64,000 nucleotides of DNA from Candidatus Microgenomates bacterium (GCA_049523135.1 JBEKNE010000001.1:210095-274094), one strand, 5' to 3'; shown: positions 9,527 to 19,197, counted from the first letter of the stretch. The notes: a model not told the origin generated them from the sequence alone. Translations and numbers: made by a program.

Positions 9527-9610
9527 AAAAAACAAAAATCAGGCTGCAAATTGAGCCTGGCGTTGTTTATTTAGTATCGGGATGCTAGCACAAACAGGAG
9601 GAAAAGTCAA
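9527..9610 (-). promoter_or_regulatory. Islet promoter followed closely by a terminator-like hairpin
   Basis: TTGACT-17 bp-(TG)TAGCAT at 9610-9582; CAGGCT/AGCCTG stem plus TTTTTGTTTTTT at 9559-9527. Confidence 0.55.
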
Positions 9611-9679
9611 GATTATGGGGTATTGGAAGAACTTCATGGGTAGCTTCAGATTTGGATTTGGATTATAATCTTGGAAGTT

Positions 9680-10960
9680 ATGCTTAATTCTGTTGAACAA
9701 TTTTTTATAAAAGCAGTCAGAACTCCTTCTATCAGGAAGAAGCTGATTATCACGGGGATAATTTTGATTGTTTTTAGACTAGCGGCACATATTCCGGCCT
9801 CCGGAATTGATAGAACTACTCTTACGGCGCTTTTTGCGGGTAGCCCGCTTCTTTCCCTTTTGGATGTTTTTTCCGGCGGAACTTTGGCCAATTTTTCAAT
9901 TCTGGCTCTGGGTCTAAACCCTTACATTAATGCTTCGATTATTTTCCAGCTCTTAGGCTACGTTGTTCCTTCAATTGAGGAACTGCAAAAAGAGGGAGAA
10001 TACGGACAGGAAAAAATCAATCAATACACCCGTCTTTTGACAGTACCTCTTAGTGCTCTTCAGGCATTCGGAATGTATGCCCTTTTGAAGGGACAACATG
10101 TAATCTCAAACTTAAGTCCGATTGCGCTTCTTGCACTTGTGATAACAATGACGGCAGGAACAATTTTTGCCGTTTGGCTCGGTGAACTTATTACAGAATA
10201 CGGATTTAAAGACGGAGTTTCAATCCTGATATTTACCGGAATAATAGCCCGTTTGCCGGTTACTTTGACCCAGTCGGCAAGCATTTTCCAGTCTCAGGAT
10301 ATACTTAAGATTGTTATTTTCTTCGCAATAGTGGTACTTCTTGTTGGGCTGATTGTGTTTGTCAGTGAGGCAACGCGCCAGATACCGATTCACTATGCCA
10401 AAAGGCGTACGGAAAGCGGGCTTGCGGCTTCTTCATACTTGCCAATCAGGTTAAATCAGGCGGGAGTCATCCCGATAATTTTTGCAGTTTCCTTGGTTTT
10501 GATGCCTTCTATGATCGGACAATTTTTGGCAAATGTCAGTAATCCCCAGATCGCCGGTTTTGCCCGTTTTTTAACTACAACATTCAGTACGCAGGGAGCC
10601 CTTTATAACGTTGTTTATTTCTTCCTTGTTTTTGGCTTTACATATTTTTACACGGCAGTTGTATTTAGTCCGGAAAAAGTCGCTGAAGATTTGCAAAAAG
10701 GAGGAGGTTTTATTCCGGGAATTAGACCTGGCAAAGAAACGGAGAAATATCTATCTTTTGTCCTTTCAAGAATAACCCTGGTCGGAGGAATTTTCTTGGG
10801 TGCTGTGGCAGTTCTGCCGTCCCTATTCAGAAATTTTGTGGGAACAACCAGCATGGCGGTTGGAGGAACAAGTATTTTAATTATTGTTTCCGTTGCCTTG
10901 CAGGTAATTAGGGAACTTGAAGGGGAACTTGTTATGGAAAGGTATGAGGGATTTCTGTAA
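9680..10960 (+). CDS. secY: Preprotein translocase SecY
   Basis: LGLNPYINASII, WLGELITEYG, AGVIPIIFA and IPGIRPG motifs; ATG 9680 preferred, TATAAT at 9664. Confidence 0.97.
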   Translation: MLNSVEQFFIKAVRTPSIRKKLIITGIILIVFRLAAHIPASGIDRTTLTALFAGSPLLSLLDVFSGGTLANFSILALGLNPYINASIIFQLLGYVVPSIEELQKEGEYGQEKINQYTRLLTVPLSALQAFGMYALLKGQHVISNLSPIALLALVITMTAGTIFAVWLGELITEYGFKDGVSILIFTGIIARLPVTLTQSASIFQSQDILKIVIFFAIVVLLVGLIVFVSEATRQIPIHYAKRRTESGLAASSYLPIRLNQAGVIPIIFAVSLVLMPSMIGQFLANVSNPQIAGFARFLTTTFSTQGALYNVVYFFLVFGFTYFYTAVVFSPEKVAEDLQKGGGFIPGIRPGKETEKYLSFVLSRITLVGGIFLGAVAVLPSLFRNFVGTTSMAVGGTSILIIVSVALQVIRELEGELVMERYEGFL

Positions 10961-10962
10961 AT

Positions 10963-11622
10963 ATGAATATTGTACTTCTTGGTTCTCCGGCATCAGGTAA
11001 AGGGACTCAGGCTGAAATTTTATGCCAAAAATTCGGCCTTTTTCACCTATCAACCGGCAATATCGCCCGCAAGTTAGCCGAAACAGATGAGAGAATAAAA
11101 GAAATGATAAATTCGGGCAAACTTATTCCTCAAGAAGAAATGACGATGCACGTCTTGGATTTTCTGGAACACAACAAACCAAGCTTGAAAGACATTCTTT
11201 TTGAAGGATTTCCAAGATTTATTTCTCAGTATGAGGCCTTGGATAATTTTCTTAAGGATAAAGGTGACGGCATTGATACCGTAATTTCTCTTGAAGTTCC
11301 GATGGAGGTTGCAATCAAGAGAATCTCTGCAAGATGGATGTGTCCGAAAGACGGCGAGATTTTTAATACCGAGACAAAACCACCCCAAAAACCGGGAATT
11401 TGTGATAAATGCAGAAGTACCTTGATTCAACGTGATGATGATAAACCGGAGTCTGTAAAAACAAGGTTTGAATATTATATTCAAAACACAAAAGGGCTGA
11501 TTGACTATGTAGATAAAAAAGGAAAACTTACCAGAGTGGATGGTGATAGACCCATTGAGGACATTGCCAAGGATTTGGAAGAAATAGTTAGAAAGGCTTC
11601 GTTAAATCATGATAAAAATTAA
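10963..11622 (+). CDS. adk: Adenylate kinase (zinc-lid type)
   Basis: GSPASGKGTQ P-loop, EGFPR, CPKD...CDKC lid, QRDDD. Confidence 0.95.
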   Translation: MNIVLLGSPASGKGTQAEILCQKFGLFHLSTGNIARKLAETDERIKEMINSGKLIPQEEMTMHVLDFLEHNKPSLKDILFEGFPRFISQYEALDNFLKDKGDGIDTVISLEVPMEVAIKRISARWMCPKDGEIFNTETKPPQKPGICDKCRSTLIQRDDDKPESVKTRFEYYIQNTKGLIDYVDKKGKLTRVDGDRPIEDIAKDLEEIVRKASLNHDKN

Positions 11623-12358
11623 GACTCCTGAGGAAATTCAGATTATGATCGAGGGCGGGGCCAAGCTTGGAAAAGTAAAAAAAGCTCTTGCGGCTGCGGC
11701 TAAGCCCGGAGTTAGTGCGCTTGACATCGAAAATCTGGCAATGAAGCTTATTAAGGAGGAAGGGGCGGAGCCGTCTTTCAATAAAGAGCCTAATTATTAC
11801 TGGGCAACTTGTGTGAACGTCAATGAAGGCATAGTTCACGGAATTCCCACTGCAGATACCGTTTTTAAGGATGGAGATGTGGTCAAAATTGATGTTGGAA
11901 TTTATTACAAAGGCTTCCACACAGATACCTCTATCAGTGTGGGTATTAACCCTTCCCCCGAAAACAAGAAGTTTTTGTATGTGGGAGAGCTGGCTTTGCA
12001 AAAGGCGCTAAAGGAAGTTAAAGAAGGAAACCACCTTTACAGCATTTCCAAGGCTATTGAGGATACTATCGAGGGAGCCGGCTATTCCACGATAAAAGCT
12101 TTGGTCGGGCACGGAGTTGGCAGAAAACTCCATGAAGATCCCCAAATTCCCTGTTTTGTTCCCGGGGGGATTGAGGACGGCCCTATTATAAAGCGCGGAA
12201 TGGTTTTTGCGGTTGAGGTTATGTACGCCGCAGGAAGCGATAAAGTTGAAATCCTGGAAGACGGGTGGACAATTGCCATGCGTGATGGTAAAATGTCAGG
12301 ACTTTTTGAGGATAGTATAGCCGTGACAAAGAAAGGACCCAGGGTTCTAACGAGATGA
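11609..12358 (+). CDS. map: Methionine aminopeptidase type I
   Basis: NEGIVHGIP, DVG...HTD and GHGVGRKLHEDP motifs. Confidence 0.96.
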   Translation: MIKIKTPEEIQIMIEGGAKLGKVKKALAAAAKPGVSALDIENLAMKLIKEEGAEPSFNKEPNYYWATCVNVNEGIVHGIPTADTVFKDGDVVKIDVGIYYKGFHTDTSISVGINPSPENKKFLYVGELALQKALKEVKEGNHLYSISKAIEDTIEGAGYSTIKALVGHGVGRKLHEDPQIPCFVPGGIEDGPIIKRGMVFAVEVMYAAGSDKVEILEDGWTIAMRDGKMSGLFEDSIAVTKKGPRVLTR

Positions 12359-12570
12359 AGACCAAAAATGTAGTTAATGTTGATGGTTCTGTTTCTCAAG
12401 CCTTACCCAATACAATGTTTAGGGTAGAGCTAGCGGACGGAAGGAGTATTTTGGCGACATTAACAGGGAAGATGCGAAGAGCTTATGTCAGGATTTTCCC
12501 GGGGGACAGGGTCAAGGTCGAAATGACGCCCTACGATGAAAACCGGGGCAGGATTGTTTATAAATATTAA
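12355..12570 (+). CDS. infA: Translation initiation factor IF-1
   Basis: [15 protein letters not shown] and [12 protein letters not shown] motifs. Confidence 0.97.
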   Translation: MKTKNVVNVDGSVSQALPNTMFRVELADGRSILATLTGKMRRAYVRIFPGDRVKVEMTPYDENRGRIVYKY

Positions 12571-12574
12571 TATC

Positions 12575-12688
12575 ATGAAAGTTTTAAGTTCGATTAAAGT
12601 ACGATGCAAAGATTGCAAGATTGTTAAGCGCAAGGGCGTTTTATACGTTATTTGTAAAAACCCCAAACACAAGCAACGCCAAGGTTAA
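12575..12688 (+). CDS. rpmJ: 50S ribosomal protein bL36 (37 aa, below the ORF-track cutoff)
   Basis: Translated by hand: [37 protein letters not shown]. Confidence 0.97.
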   Translation: MKVLSSIKVRCKDCKIVKRKGVLYVICKNPKHKQRQG

Positions 12689-12698
12689 TCTTTAATTT

Positions 12699-13115
12699 AT
12701 GACAAGAATCGCCGGAATTGATTTACAGGACAGTTGGAAAGTTGATTACGCCTTAACCAAAATTAGAGGGATTGGTTGGGCGTTGTCAAGGAAAATTATG
12801 AAAGATGCCGGAATCGATCATAAAAAAAGAGTGTCGGAACTAACCGGCGATGAGGTTGCCAAAATCGGGGTTGAACTTGAAAAATATCAAATAGAAGGTG
12901 ACCTTATTAGAACAGTAAAAGCCAATATTCAAAGATTGCAGGTAATCGGTTCTTACCGGGGAATGAGGCATACCAGAGGTTTGCCGGTAAGAGGGCAAAG
13001 AACAAGAACAAATGCGCGTACAAAACGCGGTAAGAGAAAAACAGTAGGAGCTTTCAAGAAGGAAATTCTTTCTAAAATGAGTGCAGGCAAGACTGAGGAG
13101 GAAAAGAAAAAATAA
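12699..13115 (+). CDS. rpsM: 30S ribosomal protein uS13
   Basis: YRGMRHTRGLPVRGQRTRTNART motif. Confidence 0.97.
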   Translation: MTRIAGIDLQDSWKVDYALTKIRGIGWALSRKIMKDAGIDHKKRVSELTGDEVAKIGVELEKYQIEGDLIRTVKANIQRLQVIGSYRGMRHTRGLPVRGQRTRTNARTKRGKRKTVGAFKKEILSKMSAGKTEEEKKK

Positions 13116-13122
13116 CTAGGAT

Positions 13123-13503
13123 ATGGCAACTAAAACAAAAAGAGCTAACAAGGAAGTAGGTTTGGCAAGGGTTTATATTTCCGCTTCTTTCAATAATACT
13201 TTAGTAACGGTAACCAATACTCTCGGTGAAACTTTGGCATGGGGTTCATCCGGAGCCTCCGGCTTTAAAGGAACGAGACGTGCTACCCCTTTTGCAGCCA
13301 CAACTGCAGTTGAAAAAGTTATTAATAAAGCAAAAAGTGAATTTGGAGTTAACGAAGTTGAAATTTATGTTAAGGGACCAGGTGCAGGCCGCGATGCGGC
13401 TCTTCGGGCAATTAAGGCGGCAGGGGTAAAGATTTCTTTGATTGCAGATATTACACCGGTTCCTCATAACGGACCGAGACCGAAGAAGAAACGCAGAGTC
13501 TAA
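13123..13503 (+). CDS. rpsK: 30S ribosomal protein uS11
   Basis: ASFNNT, GPGAGR and DITPVPHNG motifs. Confidence 0.97.
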   Translation: MATKTKRANKEVGLARVYISASFNNTLVTVTNTLGETLAWGSSGASGFKGTRRATPFAATTAVEKVINKAKSEFGVNEVEIYVKGPGAGRDAALRAIKAAGVKISLIADITPVPHNGPRPKKKRRV

Positions 13504-13519
13504 AAATCAGAATTTAATT

Positions 13520-14119
13520 ATGGCAAAATACGTAGGACCAAAAGACAGATTAAGCAGACGCGAAGCCTTTGATATTTTTGGAGCGGGAGCAAAGTTAACC
13601 AGACTTCAGGTTCCCCCCGGAGTTCATGGGCCGAAAGGCGTCAGGGGTTCTTCCCGATATGGCCAGCAGCTAAGGGAAAAACAAAAGGTAAAACGACTTT
13701 ATGGAATTTTGGAGAAGCAGTTTAGGAAATATGCCGAAGAAGCTTTTAAGACTAAAGGTAATACAGGAGAAGCTCTTCTTGTGAATCTTGAAAGACGTCT
13801 TGACAATGTTATCTACCGACTTGGTTTTGCTCCGAGTAGACCCAGTGCCCGCCAGATTGTTTCCCACAGACATGTTCTAGTAAACGGTAAGAAAGTTAAT
13901 ATTCCTTCTTACAGGCTGTCCGTTGGTGATACGGTTAGCCTGGACTCGAAAGCTTCCGGCATTCCTGAGGTTGGCAAAGTCGTTGAGCGGAAAGATTTTA
14001 AGATCCCTTCATGGTTGGAAAAGAAAGCCTTGGTCGGAAAAGTTGCGGCATTACCCAAAAGAGAAGATATAACTGAACCTATCAGTGAGCAGGATATAGT
14101 TGAATTCTATTCCAGGTAA
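13520..14119 (+). CDS. rpsD: 30S ribosomal protein uS4
   Basis: QLREKQKVKRLYG and LERRLDNVIYRLG motifs; start moved to ATG 13520 (MAKYVGPK). Confidence 0.96.
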   Translation: MAKYVGPKDRLSRREAFDIFGAGAKLTRLQVPPGVHGPKGVRGSSRYGQQLREKQKVKRLYGILEKQFRKYAEEAFKTKGNTGEALLVNLERRLDNVIYRLGFAPSRPSARQIVSHRHVLVNGKKVNIPSYRLSVGDTVSLDSKASGIPEVGKVVERKDFKIPSWLEKKALVGKVAALPKREDITEPISEQDIVEFYSR

Positions 14120-14128
14120 GGTTATAAT
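14100..14128 (+). promoter_or_regulatory. Internal promoter upstream of rpoA
   Basis: TTGAAT-17 bp-TATAAT; palindrome AGTCTTAA-AG-TTAAGACT just downstream. Confidence 0.55.
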
Positions 14129-14169
14129 ACACCCTAGTCTTAAAGTTAAGACTGTATTTTGAAAGAAAA

Positions 14170-15087
14170 ATGAACGAGCCCATGTTTGAAATTAAAGAAG
14201 AAAAGAAAGAAGCTGGTTACGGCAGGTTTGCCATTACGCCTTTGGAACAAGGTTATGGTTTAACTATCGGAAACTCGATTAGACGGGTTCTTTTGACCTC
14301 ACTTCCGGGAGTTGCCGTCACTTCAGTTAAAATTGCCAGTGTTAAACACCAGTTCTCTACTCTAAGCGGGATGAAAGAAGATATTGTTGAGTTTATTCTT
14401 AACCTCAAAAAAGTCAGATTTTCAGGAAATACCGATAAACCCGTTAAAGCTTCCTTGGAAGTTACAAAAGCGGGGGAATTTACTGCGGCAGAAATTAAAG
14501 TCGGTGGTGGAATTAAAGTTGCCAATCCTGAACTCGTTCTTGGAACCTTGGATAAAGGATCCAAACTTTCCGCAGAAATTGTAGTTGAGACTGGAGTTGG
14601 TTATTCTCCCGCAGAGGATAGACCTTCCGAAACAATCGGCCTTATTCCGGTTGACGCTTCCTTCTCACCTGTAAAGAGAGTTAGCTATAAGATTGAGGAA
14701 ACCCGTGTCGGTCGTCTTACAAATTACGATAAACTCATTATGGAAGTTTGGACAGACGGCACAATGGATGCCAAAAATGCTTTAGTTGAATCCGCAAAGA
14801 TCTTAATGGGTTATTTTGCTCAAGTAGTTAACCCCAAGAAAGTTGAAAAACAAGCAGAAGCTCCCAAAGATGAATTGGGACTAACCGGCAAACTTTCGGT
14901 TGAGGAAATCGGACTTCCTACAAGAGTTGCAAATGCTTTAATCAAAGCCGGTTTTGAAACGGTTGAAGATTTGGCTCACGCGAAGAAAGAAGATTTGGTA
15001 AAAGTCAGAAATCTTGGCGAAAAATCCCTCAAAATTGTAGCAGCTGCACTCGGAACAAAAGGAGTCGAGTTCCCCGCTATTAAGTAA
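14170..15087 (+). CDS. rpoA: RNA polymerase alpha subunit
   Basis: PLEQGYGLTIGNSIRRVLL, DASFSPV and CTD NLGEKS motifs. Confidence 0.97.
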   Translation: MNEPMFEIKEEKKEAGYGRFAITPLEQGYGLTIGNSIRRVLLTSLPGVAVTSVKIASVKHQFSTLSGMKEDIVEFILNLKKVRFSGNTDKPVKASLEVTKAGEFTAAEIKVGGGIKVANPELVLGTLDKGSKLSAEIVVETGVGYSPAEDRPSETIGLIPVDASFSPVKRVSYKIEETRVGRLTNYDKLIMEVWTDGTMDAKNALVESAKILMGYFAQVVNPKKVEKQAEAPKDELGLTGKLSVEEIGLPTRVANALIKAGFETVEDLAHAKKEDLVKVRNLGEKSLKIVAAALGTKGVEFPAIK

Positions 15088-15091
15088 AACT

Positions 15092-15547
15092 ATGAACAAG
15101 AAAGTGTTCGGAAGAAAACTTTCCCGCAGTCGACCGGCCAGGGAGGCATTATTTGCAACTTTGGCTAAGGCTCTGATTATAAACGGGAAGATAGTTACCA
15201 CCCGCGCAAAAGCAAAGGCGGTTATCGGCAGTGTAGAAAAAATGGTTAGTTTGGCAAAGAAGGGTGATATTTCGGGTAGAAGGCATGTTTTGGGAGAGCT
15301 TGATAATGACAGAAAAGTAACGGATATGCTATTTCAGAAGGTTGCAAAAGCTTTTCCGGATAGAAACTCCGGGTTTATAAGAGTAATTTCTCTTCCAAGA
15401 CGCGTTGGGGATAACGCTCAGATGGTTAGAATGGAATGGACGGAAAAGATTGAATACGAGAGTAAAAAAGTTGAAGCCAAAAAAGAAGAACCCAAGAAAG
15501 TGGTTAAAAAAGTTGCCAAAAAGACAGCAAAAACTGCTAAAAAATAA
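15092..15547 (+). CDS. rplQ: 50S ribosomal protein bL17
   Basis: GRKLSR, IVTTRAKAK and RVGDNA motifs. Confidence 0.96.
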   Translation: MNKKVFGRKLSRSRPAREALFATLAKALIINGKIVTTRAKAKAVIGSVEKMVSLAKKGDISGRRHVLGELDNDRKVTDMLFQKVAKAFPDRNSGFIRVISLPRRVGDNAQMVRMEWTEKIEYESKKVEAKKEEPKKVVKKVAKKTAKTAKK

Positions 15548-15963
15548 TGAAAACATTTCAACCAACACCTAAAGACATAAAGAAAGAATGGCACTTAGTA
15601 GATGCAAAAGATCAAATATTGGGTAGACTTTCCACTGAGATTGCAGGACTTTTGATGGGTAAGGGTAAAACTACTTTTAGCCGTCATATGGATTCCGGAG
15701 ATTACGTAGTTGTGATTAATGCCGAAAAAATTATGGTAACCGGCAGGAAAGCTTCCCAAAAAGTTTATAGAAGTCATTCGGGGTATCCAAGCGGATTTAA
15801 GGAAAAGAAATATAGTACCGTGATGGAAAAAAATCCTGAAAGAATAATTGAGCATGCAGTTGCCGGTATGATTCCGGAAAACCGTTTGAAGAATGAAAGA
15901 ATGCTAAGATTGAAAGTTGTTGCGGGAGATAAGAATCCGTACGAAGCAAAATTTAATAAATAA
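15547..15963 (+). CDS. rplM: 50S ribosomal protein uL13
   Basis: WHLVDA...LGRL, DSGDYVVVINA and HSGYP motifs. Confidence 0.97.
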   Translation: MKTFQPTPKDIKKEWHLVDAKDQILGRLSTEIAGLLMGKGKTTFSRHMDSGDYVVVINAEKIMVTGRKASQKVYRSHSGYPSGFKEKKYSTVMEKNPERIIEHAVAGMIPENRLKNERMLRLKVVAGDKNPYEAKFNK

Positions 15964-15964
15964 T

Positions 15965-16375
15965 ATGGCAAGAACAAAAAAGATTGATTATACATATGGA
16001 GTTGGTCGTAGAAAAGAAAGCACAGTTCGTGTCAGGCTTTTCCGTGGAAAAGGCGAAAATACAGTTAACAGTATGCCTGCGGAGAAATATTTCCCGGGTG
16101 AAATTGCCAAGAAAGCTTTGGCTAAACCCTTCGGTGCGACTGAAACTTCTGACAAATATTATTATTCAGCAAGAGTTTCCGGAGGAGGCAAAGAAGGACA
16201 GCTTGAAGCTTTGGTATTGGGGATTTCCAGAACTTTAGTCAAAGTTGCTCCGGATAAAAATAGGGTAACTCTCAGAAAACTTGATCTTTTAACCCGTGAT
16301 TCGCGTACAAGACAAAGAAGAATGGTGGGAATGGGTGGTAAATCAAGAAGAAAGAAACAATCTCCAAAGCGTTAA
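15965..16375 (+). CDS. rpsI: 30S ribosomal protein uS9
   Basis: GRRKES, GGGKEGQ, LLTRD and Q.PKR end; start moved to ATG 15965. Confidence 0.96.
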   Translation: MARTKKIDYTYGVGRRKESTVRVRLFRGKGENTVNSMPAEKYFPGEIAKKALAKPFGATETSDKYYYSARVSGGGKEGQLEALVLGISRTLVKVAPDKNRVTLRKLDLLTRDSRTRQRRMVGMGGKSRRKKQSPKR

Positions 16376-16414
16376 ACTTCAAAGTTTGTAAGTTTCTTTG
16401 TTATACTTTTAATT

Positions 16415-17515
16415 ATGGAAGGTGGCGTGTCTGAAATTCCAAACGTTTCTCCTGAAAGTAAAGAAATGGAACCTATCACTCTGGAGCAAACTTGTGTTAT
16501 TGGAAGTGTTTTCTATAAAGATTATCAAGTTGAAAATTCGGAAGGCAGTGTCAGGGGACATGAGGCGATTGATTCCTTGATGAAAATTGCAGAAAAAGGC
16601 TATAAGGCAGCAGTAATTATTGGTGAAGGAACTGACCAGAAATTTTTGGACGATTTAAAGAAAAGATTGTCTGGCCTTGGAGATAAAGGAGAAAACATTG
16701 TTTGGCATATTCAAGAAAAACCTGGCTATAGTGAGGCAAGACGGGAATCTGTAATACTTGCTTGGAGCAAATACCCTGAGACAAAGGCTTTCATAATGCA
16801 AGAGATTGAAAAAGATCTGACCAAAGATCAAGGATATGAGAAATTCTTGGATGCCCTTTCCGATAATAAAATTTTGGTAATGATGAATAGGGGCATAGAT
16901 GCTCCCTATAATGGAAATTATTTTTCTGATGCGAATATACCAAAAGAGCAGTTTTGGGGAGAAAGACATCAAAATATTGAAATGGCTGGTCAAGAAAATG
17001 CCGCGGGATTGACCAAGAAGGAACATGATTGGGACAGATTAAGTGATACACGTGCTATAAGAAATGAAGAAATAGAAATCGGAAACACAAAGATTAATCC
17101 GGCGGACTTGATACTTTTAAAATATCAATACGTAGACGGTTACAACGAGGGTGATAGAAAAAATAAGATAGATGCTTATTCGGCAGCAGTTTACAATATG
17201 GTCCCAATTTTGGAAGCATTAGGATTTGAAGATCAAATGGCAGAGGCTCCGATAAAATATGCTCATTCGGAAAAACAAAGAGAACAAGAAGAGGGTAACC
17301 CCGTTTTTAGAGCAAAAAGATTGGGACATAAAGTAGATCTGCCTGCTATTAATTTTGATATTGTTGCCAATATTGTGGAATGGAAAAAAGAAGGCAAATG
17401 GCCGTCGATTTTACTCGAAGCGATTAAAGGCGACCATACGCTAAATATAAAACACTTCAATGAAGATGATTATAGTTTGACTGGGACTATTTTAAGAAAG
17501 AATCCGGCTTTCTAA
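16415..17515 (+). CDS. Hypothetical protein, possibly a divergent GT-A glycosyltransferase-like fold
   Basis: 366-aa ORF with TGnTATACT 7 nt upstream; AAVIIGEGTD / GYSEARR pattern loosely resembles GT-A VDGGS / G..ARR. Confidence 0.5.
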   Translation: MEGGVSEIPNVSPESKEMEPITLEQTCVIGSVFYKDYQVENSEGSVRGHEAIDSLMKIAEKGYKAAVIIGEGTDQKFLDDLKKRLSGLGDKGENIVWHIQEKPGYSEARRESVILAWSKYPETKAFIMQEIEKDLTKDQGYEKFLDALSDNKILVMMNRGIDAPYNGNYFSDANIPKEQFWGERHQNIEMAGQENAAGLTKKEHDWDRLSDTRAIRNEEIEIGNTKINPADLILLKYQYVDGYNEGDRKNKIDAYSAAVYNMVPILEALGFEDQMAEAPIKYAHSEKQREQEEGNPVFRAKRLGHKVDLPAINFDIVANIVEWKKEGKWPSILLEAIKGDHTLNIKHFNEDDYSLTGTILRKNPAF

Positions 17516-17542
17516 AGAGGGGATAGAGGGATAATTTTATAT

Positions 17543-17770
17543 TTATACTTTTGGGGCAAATTTTTTCTGTCTTTGAAGAAATGATATATGTCTTTTTTCC
17601 TGTTCTTGAGCCAAAAATATTTCAACTTTTTTCTGACATTCAGGGTCAGGACACGAAGTTTCCTGATAGGTAACAACACTGTTTCCGATTTTTTCCGTTC
17701 TTGTTGAAACAACAATTCTTTGCTTTCCGCACTTAACACAAACACTTGGGTTATTTTTATTAGTAACCAT
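17543..17770 (-). CDS. Small zinc-ribbon protein
   Basis: CVKCG...CPDPEC motif, 75 aa. Confidence 0.75.
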   Translation of the reverse strand: MVTNKNNPSVCVKCGKQRIVVSTRTEKIGNSVVTYQETSCPDPECQKKVEIFLAQEQEKRHISFLQRQKKFAPKV

Positions 17771-17953
17771 TTATTTGCCTAAATATGCGCTTTTAAGATA
17801 AATGGATAATTTATGTGAGGATCTTACCAATGAATCTGTAAGTGAATTATTTAAACTAATCTCATTATACCACTCTTTACTTTGATAAGTGGGATTTGCT
17901 ATGCGGAAGACAATTATTGGCCAAATCGAAATGAAATGTTAAAATACGCATTA

Positions 17954-18024
17954 CGGGGTGTAGTTCACCGGTAGAATGGGCGCACGGGGTGCGTCCGAAC
18001 TGAGTCCAATTCTCAGCACCCCGA
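17954..18024 (+). tRNA. tRNA-Pro(GGG), atypical (C33, C55), no encoded CCA
   Basis: Acceptor CGGGGTG/CACCCCG, D-stem GTTC/GAAT, anticodon stem GGCGC/GCGTC with loop AC-GGG-GT, T-arm CTGAG-TCCAATT-CTCAG; promoter TTGGCC-17-TAAAAT upstream. Confidence 0.88.
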
Positions 18025-18080
18025 CTATAGGGTATTAAGTAGGTATTGACTTCGTATTTCCTTCGGGGTGACAATTAAAT

Positions 18081-18926
18081 ATGGTTACTTCTCTTCAAAA
18101 ATGTACTTTTTGTGGAAAACCAGTATACCGTGACAATAGAAGAATTAATGAAAGTAAAAAACGTAGGTGGAGAATATTTTGTTCTCAAAAGTGCCTTGCC
18201 CTGTCACGAAGGACTCGAAAAGAGTACATATGTGCCAGAAAGGGTTGTGGAAAGCATTTCACAAGAAATCCGGGTGAATTATATAGATCAAAGATATTTT
18301 ATTGTTCCTTAAGGTGCGCTGCTTTAGTAAATAATAAGCTACGGAAGAAAATTATCCGAATATGCCCAACTTGTAACGGAAAATTTACTGGTAAAAATAA
18401 ATATTGTTCATCTGTGTGCATACCTAAACGTGGGTCTAAGTACACAAGAGAAATTGTTATAGAAATAATCACGGAATTTTATAAAAAACATGAACGAATA
18501 CCTGTAAAAAAAGAATTGTATGGTTGTTATAGAGTAGCAAGAAAATATTTTGGAACTTGGAATAAAGCCATTGAGGCCGCTGGTTATAAACCAAATCCAG
18601 TGATGTTTTCCAATAAATATATTGCAAAAGACGGAGATAAATGTGATTCTTTGGCTGAGAAGATAATTGACGATTATTTATCAAGACGGAATATTAAGCA
18701 TATACGAAATTTCCCATACCCTGGAAATGATGGGTTTAAGGTAGATTTTAAAGTTGAAGATAATTGGATTGAATTTTTTGGTTTGTCTGGGCAATTAAAA
18801 AGTTACGATCAGATTGAGAGGAGAAAGTTAAAGCTTACTAAAAAATTGGGGATCAATTTGATAAAGATTTATCCAGAAGATCTATTTCCAATAGGTAAAC
18901 TTGACAAAAAACTAGTTTTTTCTTGA
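18081..18926 (+). CDS. Putative homing-type endonuclease: Zn-finger repeats, helical repeat and C-terminal PD-(D/E)XK/Vsr-like nuclease
   Basis: Three CxxC...(F/Y)CSxxC units; 'YFGTWNKAIEAAG' resembles the homing-endonuclease-associated repeat; SLAE...VDF...IEFFG nuclease pattern. Confidence 0.7.
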   Translation: MVTSLQKCTFCGKPVYRDNRRINESKKRRWRIFCSQKCLALSRRTRKEYICARKGCGKHFTRNPGELYRSKIFYCSLRCAALVNNKLRKKIIRICPTCNGKFTGKNKYCSSVCIPKRGSKYTREIVIEIITEFYKKHERIPVKKELYGCYRVARKYFGTWNKAIEAAGYKPNPVMFSNKYIAKDGDKCDSLAEKIIDDYLSRRNIKHIRNFPYPGNDGFKVDFKVEDNWIEFFGLSGQLKSYDQIERRKLKLTKKLGINLIKIYPEDLFPIGKLDKKLVFS

Positions 18927-19020
18927 CCTTTATTTTGAATATTCGTAAAGATATGAGAAGGAAGGATGCGGAATTTCATAAAGGGTGAGGGCAAATCGCC
19001 GCCCCCTTCTCAATTCAGAT

Positions 19021-19197
19021 GCAAGAATTACTTAGGCTAAAGATACATGAGGGTTTTATCAAAATAAAGCAAACATTTCAGGAGTAGAAGTCGTTGGTCA
19101 CGCCAGACTTGAACTTGAAAGAAAATCGGGTAGAAAAGTCTCGATGAGGAACAATTATTTGATGGGCTACAGGGACGGAAAGTCAATTGGGTCTTGA
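19021..19197 (+). pseudogene. Remnant of the C-terminus of a BRO-N/antirepressor-like protein
   Basis: One frame reads [45 protein letters not shown], two in-frame stops; similarity judged by eye. Confidence 0.5.

Noticed and set aside
957-16238. Many antisense or alternate-frame ORFs over ribosomal protein genes and elsewhere
   Set aside because: They are shadows of confidently identified genes, with no motifs or start signals.
18064-18070. CGGGGTG repeat of the tRNA-Pro 5' end before the nuclease ORF
   Set aside because: Only 7 bp and inside the promoter spacer; too short to call a target duplication.
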